DNA from: an uncultured Thermoplasmata archaeon
Lineage (GTDB): Archaea; Thermoplasmatota; Thermoplasmata; Lutacidiplasmatales; UBA184
NCBI GenBank assembly: GCA_963713145.1
Contig: CAVQKI010000002.1
Span: 119,278-183,277, forward strand
DNA length: 64,000 nt
Reading direction: 5' to 3'
A model generated the notes under the pieces. That model searched no databases, was not told the DNA's origin, and saw only the letters and a list, made by a program, of their open reading frames with translations. Positions 60,201-64,000 of this stretch are shown one piece after another (within the stretch, counting starts at the first letter, position 1; each line of letters begins with the position of its first letter). A program made the translations under genes and the position numbers.

Positions 60201-60862
60201 CGTCCGTTGGGACCCAGATCAACTTCTTCATCTTCGACCTCGCCCCCGGTGCCTACACCTGGCATATCTCGGCGACGAACTACACCGCAACGCACCGCTT
60301 CGGCCACGGGACCTCCCCGACCCCGACCTGGGTCTCGACCACCTTCTCGATCCTGCTGGGCACGCTCGCCGGCTCCGTCAACGCGCCTTCCGCGACCTTG
60401 ACGATCGACGGGAACTCGGTCCCGGTCACCAACGGGACGTTCTCGGTCCAGCTTGGCGCCGGCGTGCACGCGATCTTTGTGACCGCGGCGGGCTACGAGC
60501 CGTACTACAACAACGTGACCGTCGTTGGCGGCACCACGACCAACTTCACGATCCAGATGAACGCCGCGCCCGGTCCGTTGCCGGGGTTCCTCGGCATTCC
60601 GCTGTTCGGGTGGGCGCTCATCGCTGCGCTCGCGCTGGTCGCGCTGATCCTGCTCGTGGTCGCGTTGACCCTCCGACGCCGGGGCGGTACCCCTCCGCCC
60701 GTGGCCGCCTTCAAATCGGTCCGGCCGGCCGCCCCGGTCTCTGCCGCCGCAGCTCCGGCAGCCGCCCCGCCCGCCCCGAAACCCTCCGCGCCGGCAGCGC
60801 CCCCGGCCCCCCCCGCGTGGAGCGAGGACTCCTCCGAGGCCCCGTGGAGCGAGGGCAACTAG
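57254..60862 (+). CDS. Thermopsin (peptidase A5) fused to a beta-helix region, three FxETGL repeats and a C-terminal anchor
   Basis: GTG 57254 gives VTRNLLSLGAIVVVAIFLLTTTAVPAGA. The A5 hallmarks are APAPMGVADLGL, FGIQLNAV, YEFWTQDFVSY and FGDNVWNFS. A mid-region has NLISGNTF / NNTVWGNSF beta-helix-like turns. From 59636 come YSVTFSETGLALGAADWGV, LEFIETGLAESWSWTV and LEVNETGLPAGVAWTA. The gene ends with LPGFLGIPLFGWALIAALALVALILLVVAL-RRRGG and an Ala/Pro tail. The frame is intact over 3.6 kb. Confidence 0.85.
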   Translation: MTRNLLSLGAIVVVAIFLLTTTAVPAGAHPVGALSSGDHSPGLPLSAAAAPTAPRAPATDAVQKSQAAERATEAQKVPTGLYHPPDFSAEGVRPRGPVAPTYTAAPAPMGVADLGLRNSAGTLVPYILNSTSVEGTISLTSAQSAYVDGDGPDTFGIQLNAVATNVTLFGNSSYEFWTQDFVSYTSSSGQLTFGDNVWNFSDLAGLFPSNAIYSHGANGTLVAPEDYYASGPAFTVRYPFTVTFFLNATTVADRPAIYFNYSLTSPSVTSHAGSFDFVVFNSTATTPLDPAAVPMFQVNGASYDPTGLLNDVELVVVGNGGGDTTTFFLMKATLTIEFWNESGGGYQRFPSAYDAGSDTGETSDGIDVSFNASILGNPIPIANLDLGPSFLYGLWNASTNPGSRILSLTQSPANAFLFVNSGATFKPLDAQWVPTALLATAGAMSVYFPNKGTYFFEWLLSDYRSTGKAFTVLQAPNNLTTAVSTTLVSATGQGVYTPLLAWGNAELGAIVSSGNGTNASPYNLENAAPSQLGAEFTQWNDFEFPVFPGVLLIGTTDWVRATPAGFAITYPAVVAPTLASLGLPSSNHLQLEFWGVSNLSLSNAPLITGWISSNFGGYPAAAATFWDSSNNLISGNTFLDQGASLALYGGTNNTVWGNSFLPTPVAASNQTAIQDSGNNTTGILESESGDLVFNNYFTVPQTAYTPTIDPFSCQYICTAVAYSDRWNVSLEPANDTQTVLGRVLTGSIILTSYQGGNYWSNYGTTSDPYGILPYNDAGRISNGGDYYPLIPFSLYSVTFSETGLALGAADWGVSAVGLNQSAAPGATITVFAPNGTYNFSVVIPAGYTVTAPANFTVEGANVSVDLTFLPLLPLEFIETGLAESWSWTVNLTPLALGQSNVTGTSTNGTETFALVAGSYLYNITSTGYNATPATGTVLVASGIPAIDVAFSLVPILEVNETGLPAGVAWTAAIHDGSSWSNKTSVGTQINFFIFDLAPGAYTWHISATNYTATHRFGHGTSPTPTWVSTTFSILLGTLAGSVNAPSATLTIDGNSVPVTNGTFSVQLGAGVHAIFVTAAGYEPYYNNVTVVGGTTTNFTIQMNAAPGPLPGFLGIPLFGWALIAALALVALILLVVALTLRRRGGTPPPVAAFKSVRPAAPVSAAAAPAAAPPAPKPSAPAAPPAPPAWSEDSSEAPWSEGN

Positions 60863-60971
60863 CTTCGCCGTCAGGCGCCGAGTTTTCTACGGACCAGGAT
60901 TCCGTCAGCGAGTGACCGGGCCCGAGGGAGCGGCGACAGCCGTCAACACCCGAGTGTCCTTTCCCGGCCGA

Positions 60972-62096
60972 ATGGGCCGGCGGGCCAGGTTCCTGGGCTG
61001 GGCCGCTGCGGCGACGGGGTTCGCCCTGCTCTTCCTCGCGTTCGCCGACGCGCTCCATCCCCTCCGCGAGTTCTATCGTGGGGGTTTCGCGGGATTCGAC
61101 CCGCCGTTCGACGCGATCTCGGGCATCCTCCTGATCGTCCTGTCGTTCAGGATACGCGAACGTAGCCCCGTGGCGTGGGTCTTCTCGCTCATCGCCCCGC
61201 TCCTGACCGGAGCGATCGCCATCCTGAGCCCCGACCTGTTCTCGATACCGGCCGCACTCGCGGCGACGGCGTACGTCGTGGTGCTCTACCCGTACCGCGG
61301 AGCGTTCTACCGCGGGTCGGCAACTGGACCCGACGCCGTCGGCCTGATGGTGGTCATGGTCGCCCTGCTCTCGCTGCTGTTCGGGGTCGTCGGAGCACGT
61401 CGGCTGGGAGGTGAGTTCTCGCCGCCCATCCAGGACTGGGGGCAAGCGATCTACTTCACCGTGACCACGATCTCCACGAACGGGTCGAACATCAACCCGA
61501 CGACCGGCACGGCGCAGTGGTTCGTCGTCGCCCTCATCCTCCTCGGAGTCGGAACGTTCTTATCCGCCATCGTGGTCCTTTTCCTCCCGTTCCTCGAGCA
61601 TCGGCTCGAGCTGATCGGCCACCGACTCGAGCGCGCACAGATGCAGGAACTCGGACAACACGTGATTGTGTGCGGGGCCGGCCCCGAGGCCGCGGCGGCG
61701 GCCAGGACCCTCCGCGAGCAGGGCGTGCCCGTGGTGGTCGTCTCTCAGGACGTGAAGCTCCTCGAGGCACTGAAGGTGGAGGGACTTAGGACCCATGTGG
61801 GCGACCCGTCGTCCGAGGAGGACCTGAAGCTCGTCGGGATCGAGCGCGCACGGTCGATCGTCGTCTGCCAGGACTCCGACGCGGCCAACCTGCTTACGGT
61901 GATCACGGCCCGCGCCCTCCAGCCCCAGCTGCGGATCGTCGCCGCGGCGATGTCCGACCAGAGCCTCCCCAAGCTGCGGCGCGCGGGCGCGACCGAGGCG
62001 ATCAGCGTCGTGGGCGTTGCGGCTCAGTTGATGAGCGCAGCCGCTCTCGACAACGCCGACCCGAACCGCCCGCACGCCCACTCGATCTCCCACTGA
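60972..62096 (+). CDS. Six-helix ion channel with an RCK/TrkA-N domain and a non-canonical pore loop
   Basis: From ATG 60972. The pore region is WGQAIYFTVTTISTNGSNINPTTGTAQWFVVALILLGVGTF, where K+ channels have T-V-G-Y-G-D. The RCK Rossmann start is HVIVCGAGPEAAAAARTLREQGVPVVVVSQD. Confidence 0.7.
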   Translation: MGRRARFLGWAAAATGFALLFLAFADALHPLREFYRGGFAGFDPPFDAISGILLIVLSFRIRERSPVAWVFSLIAPLLTGAIAILSPDLFSIPAALAATAYVVVLYPYRGAFYRGSATGPDAVGLMVVMVALLSLLFGVVGARRLGGEFSPPIQDWGQAIYFTVTTISTNGSNINPTTGTAQWFVVALILLGVGTFLSAIVVLFLPFLEHRLELIGHRLERAQMQELGQHVIVCGAGPEAAAAARTLREQGVPVVVVSQDVKLLEALKVEGLRTHVGDPSSEEDLKLVGIERARSIVVCQDSDAANLLTVITARALQPQLRIVAAAMSDQSLPKLRRAGATEAISVVGVAAQLMSAAALDNADPNRPHAHSISH

Positions 62097-62121
62097 TCTT
62101 CGGGGTATCGCAGAGCCGGCC

Positions 62122-62733
62122 ATGCCAAAGACCAAGCGAAGGGCGGTGGTCCGGCACATGGCGAAGCGGAGGGCGACCGTCCGGCAAGGGGAGCGACCGT
62201 CCGGCCCTGCCCGGCGGTTCGCTTCCGCCCGCATCGAGTTCGACCTCCGGCACGAGCTCCTGGCCGGCACCCGTATCCCGCTGGTGTGGCAGATCGAAGC
62301 GCTCCTCCGGGAACGGGAGGTCGAGGAGCACGAGAGCCTGGTCCGCCTTGCGGCGGGGGCCCTCCATGCGCTCTCCGGGCTCGGCTACCGGAGGGTCGAC
62401 CACTGGGAAGTGGAGCCCGGAGGCTGGCTTCCCCTGCCCGAGAGGACGCACCCGGGCCTGGTCGAGCCGGTCGGTCATCTGATCCGAGCCCTTGCCAGCG
62501 AGCGTTGGAGCGCCCTCTCCAAGGCACGCCGGTTCTCGGTACGCCTCTCCGCCGCGGACGGACGACGGGCGGACGCCATCCTGCGGCGCATTCACCGGGA
62601 GCAGGACCACACGCTTACGCTCGAGCTGTGGGGGACGGTGACCCCGCACGAGATCCGCAGGACCGTCAACGCCGTCCGGAAGGGTCTCTCGGTCGTTAGG
62701 GCTCGGGTATCGCACGTCGGCGAGCCCGTCTGA
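62122..62733 (+). CDS. Hypothetical protein with a basic N-terminus
   Basis: A 203-aa ORF starting MPKTKRRAVVRHMAKRRATVRQ. I recognise no domain. It begins 26 nt after the channel gene. Confidence 0.4.
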   Translation: MPKTKRRAVVRHMAKRRATVRQGERPSGPARRFASARIEFDLRHELLAGTRIPLVWQIEALLREREVEEHESLVRLAAGALHALSGLGYRRVDHWEVEPGGWLPLPERTHPGLVEPVGHLIRALASERWSALSKARRFSVRLSAADGRRADAILRRIHREQDHTLTLELWGTVTPHEIRRTVNAVRKGLSVVRARVSHVGEPV

Positions 62734-62827
62734 CCCGAACCGCGCAGATCCAGTACGGCCCGCCCTCCGAACCGATTAAACGCCATCGAAGCAACGGGTC
62801 CAAGGAGAGAGGTTCCGCCCTCCGACG

Positions 62828-63550
62828 ATGATCCCGATCTACCTACCGGCGCTGCTGGTCGCGTTCGTCGTCACCCTGCTGGAGCTCACGGAGGTCGTCG
62901 TGCTCGTCTTCGCGCTCAGTGCGGACCATCAAACGGTCACGCACGGGGCGCTGGGGGCGGTCGCGGGGGTCGCCGTGGTCGGCGTTGCGGCCCTCGTCTC
63001 TGGGGCCGCGCTCCTCGCGCTCCCCAGGAGCTACCTCCTCTGGGCCTCGGCCGTCGCCCTGGCCGGGTTCGGCGTCTTCCTCTTCCGTAGCACCGTCAAG
63101 TCGTACCGGCGCCGCGAAGCGGCGCTCCGGGCGGGGGGACCGCCCGCTGCCTCGAAGGTCGCCCTCCAGTTCGCCGGGGGCTTCTCCGTCGGCGCCATCG
63201 AGACGACCGAGGTCGTGGTCGTCCTGCTCGCCCTCACCGCCGCGGGCTACGGCGGAACGGCGGTTCTGGGGGCCGTCGCCGCCGGCGTCGTTCTGGTCGT
63301 CGCGACCGTTCTGGTCCACGAACGGGTCCGACGCATCAAGGTCCCGCTCCTCAAACTCGGGGCGACCGCGATGCTGTTCTCGTTCTCGCTCTTCTGGGCC
63401 GGAGAGGCCGCCGGCGTCTCCTGGCCCGGCTCCGACCTGATCCTCGTGGGGTTCTTCCTGGCCGGCGTCGTGATCGTGAGAGGAGCCGTCGAACTGGTCC
63501 TTCGACGGACCGGCCCGGGCGGCAGCCCACCCCGGCCCGCCGCCGGCTAA
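62828..63550 (+). CDS. Membrane protein with an internal two-fold repeat (COG4280/UPF0016-like; weak)
   Basis: 240 aa. Two halves each begin with an acidic helix motif (LLELTEVVVLVFAL and AIETTEVVVVLLAL), separated by a basic loop. Confidence 0.55.
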   Translation: MIPIYLPALLVAFVVTLLELTEVVVLVFALSADHQTVTHGALGAVAGVAVVGVAALVSGAALLALPRSYLLWASAVALAGFGVFLFRSTVKSYRRREAALRAGGPPAASKVALQFAGGFSVGAIETTEVVVVLLALTAAGYGGTAVLGAVAAGVVLVVATVLVHERVRRIKVPLLKLGATAMLFSFSLFWAGEAAGVSWPGSDLILVGFFLAGVVIVRGAVELVLRRTGPGGSPPRPAAG

Positions 63551-63591
63551 CGGACGCGAAGCGGCCTGCCTCTGCCGGGGGGCGAGCTCCG

Positions 63592-64000
63592 CTACCGGGA
63601 GGACTTGGGCGACGGATTCGCGATGCTCACCGAGTGAATGCCTGGGAACTGATAGGGGACCAGCTTCCAGGTCTTTCCCGCGTCGGGGCTGACGAACAGC
63701 TGCCCGGTCGTCGTGCCAACGTAGATCCCCGCCGGGGACAGGTTGTCGGTCGTGATCCCTTCGCGCTGCACCCCGAAATGCCCGGGGAACTCCTTGGGAC
63801 CCAGCAGCTTGCGCCACTTCCGGGTCTTGTCGTTCCACTCGTGCACCTGGAAATGCCCTTCGCCGGTCACTCGGGCCTCTCCGTCCAACCGAACGAAGTA
63901 GGCCTTGCCCGGAGCGGCGGGGGCCGAGGCGACCCCAAAGCCAAAGTCGTCGCCGAGCGGTTTGCCGATCCGCACCCACTTATCCATGCGGTCGTGCGAG
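63592..64000 (-). CDS. BNR/Asp-box (sialidase-fold) repeat protein, C-terminal part; gene continues beyond the window
   Basis: SPDAGKTW is a canonical Asp-box (S-x-D-x-G-x-T-W). The listed Met at 63987 is probably internal, because the upstream codons that I translated (to ~63999) contain no stop. Confidence 0.55.
   Translation of the reverse strand, partial: SHDRMDKWVRIGKPLGDDFGFGVASAPAAPGKAYFVRLDGEARVTGEGHFQVHEWNDKTRKWRKLLGPKEFPGHFGVQREGITTDNLSPAGIYVGTTTGQLFVSPDAGKTWKLVPYQFPGIHSVSIANPSPKSSR

Overview
This is a GC-rich window that looks archaeal; the lineage call is inference only. The supporting evidence is as follows.
- It encodes a thermopsin (peptidase A5).
- It encodes archaeal-type VapB antitoxins and an archaeal-type wHTH regulator.
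- The surface proteins are YVTN-repeat proteins dense in N-x-S/T sequons.
- TATA-like boxes sit about 27 nt upstream of several start codons.

I found no rRNA, tRNA or CRISPR array.

Gene content by region:
- **1-4 kb:** a decayed glycosylation and sulfatase cluster.
- **4.6-11.3 kb:** a mobile-element and toxin-antitoxin islet. It holds an NTase-fold two-gene module, one IS66-family and one IS630-family element, RelE plus antitoxin, and two VapBC pairs.
- **11.5-30 kb:** housekeeping and accessory genes. These include an ArsB/NhaD-type permease, an MFS transporter, a TMEM175-like channel, an ANT(6) homolog, an intact IS630 with an adjacent 77-bp miniature derivative, VOC and GNAT enzymes, and a lactonase-type propeller.
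- **30.5-60.9 kb:** a surface-protein island. It holds three YVTN propeller proteins, a roughly 1,630-aa protein with 16 repeats I cannot assign followed by 8 Ig-like modules, a DUF3494 protein, a G1 glutamic peptidase, a collagen-like anchored protein and a 1,202-aa thermopsin fusion. A decayed Zn-ribbon-MNT/HEPN pair and a few other non-surface genes are interspersed.
- **61-64 kb:** an RCK-coupled channel with a non-canonical pore loop, followed by membrane proteins.

About 20 genes are interrupted, mostly by frame changes and in one case by an in-frame TAG. I cannot fully separate true pseudogenisation from assembly indels. The in-frame stop and a 10-bp duplication argue that at least part of the decay is real.

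All functional calls come from motif recognition by eye on the supplied translations and my own hand translations. No searches were run.
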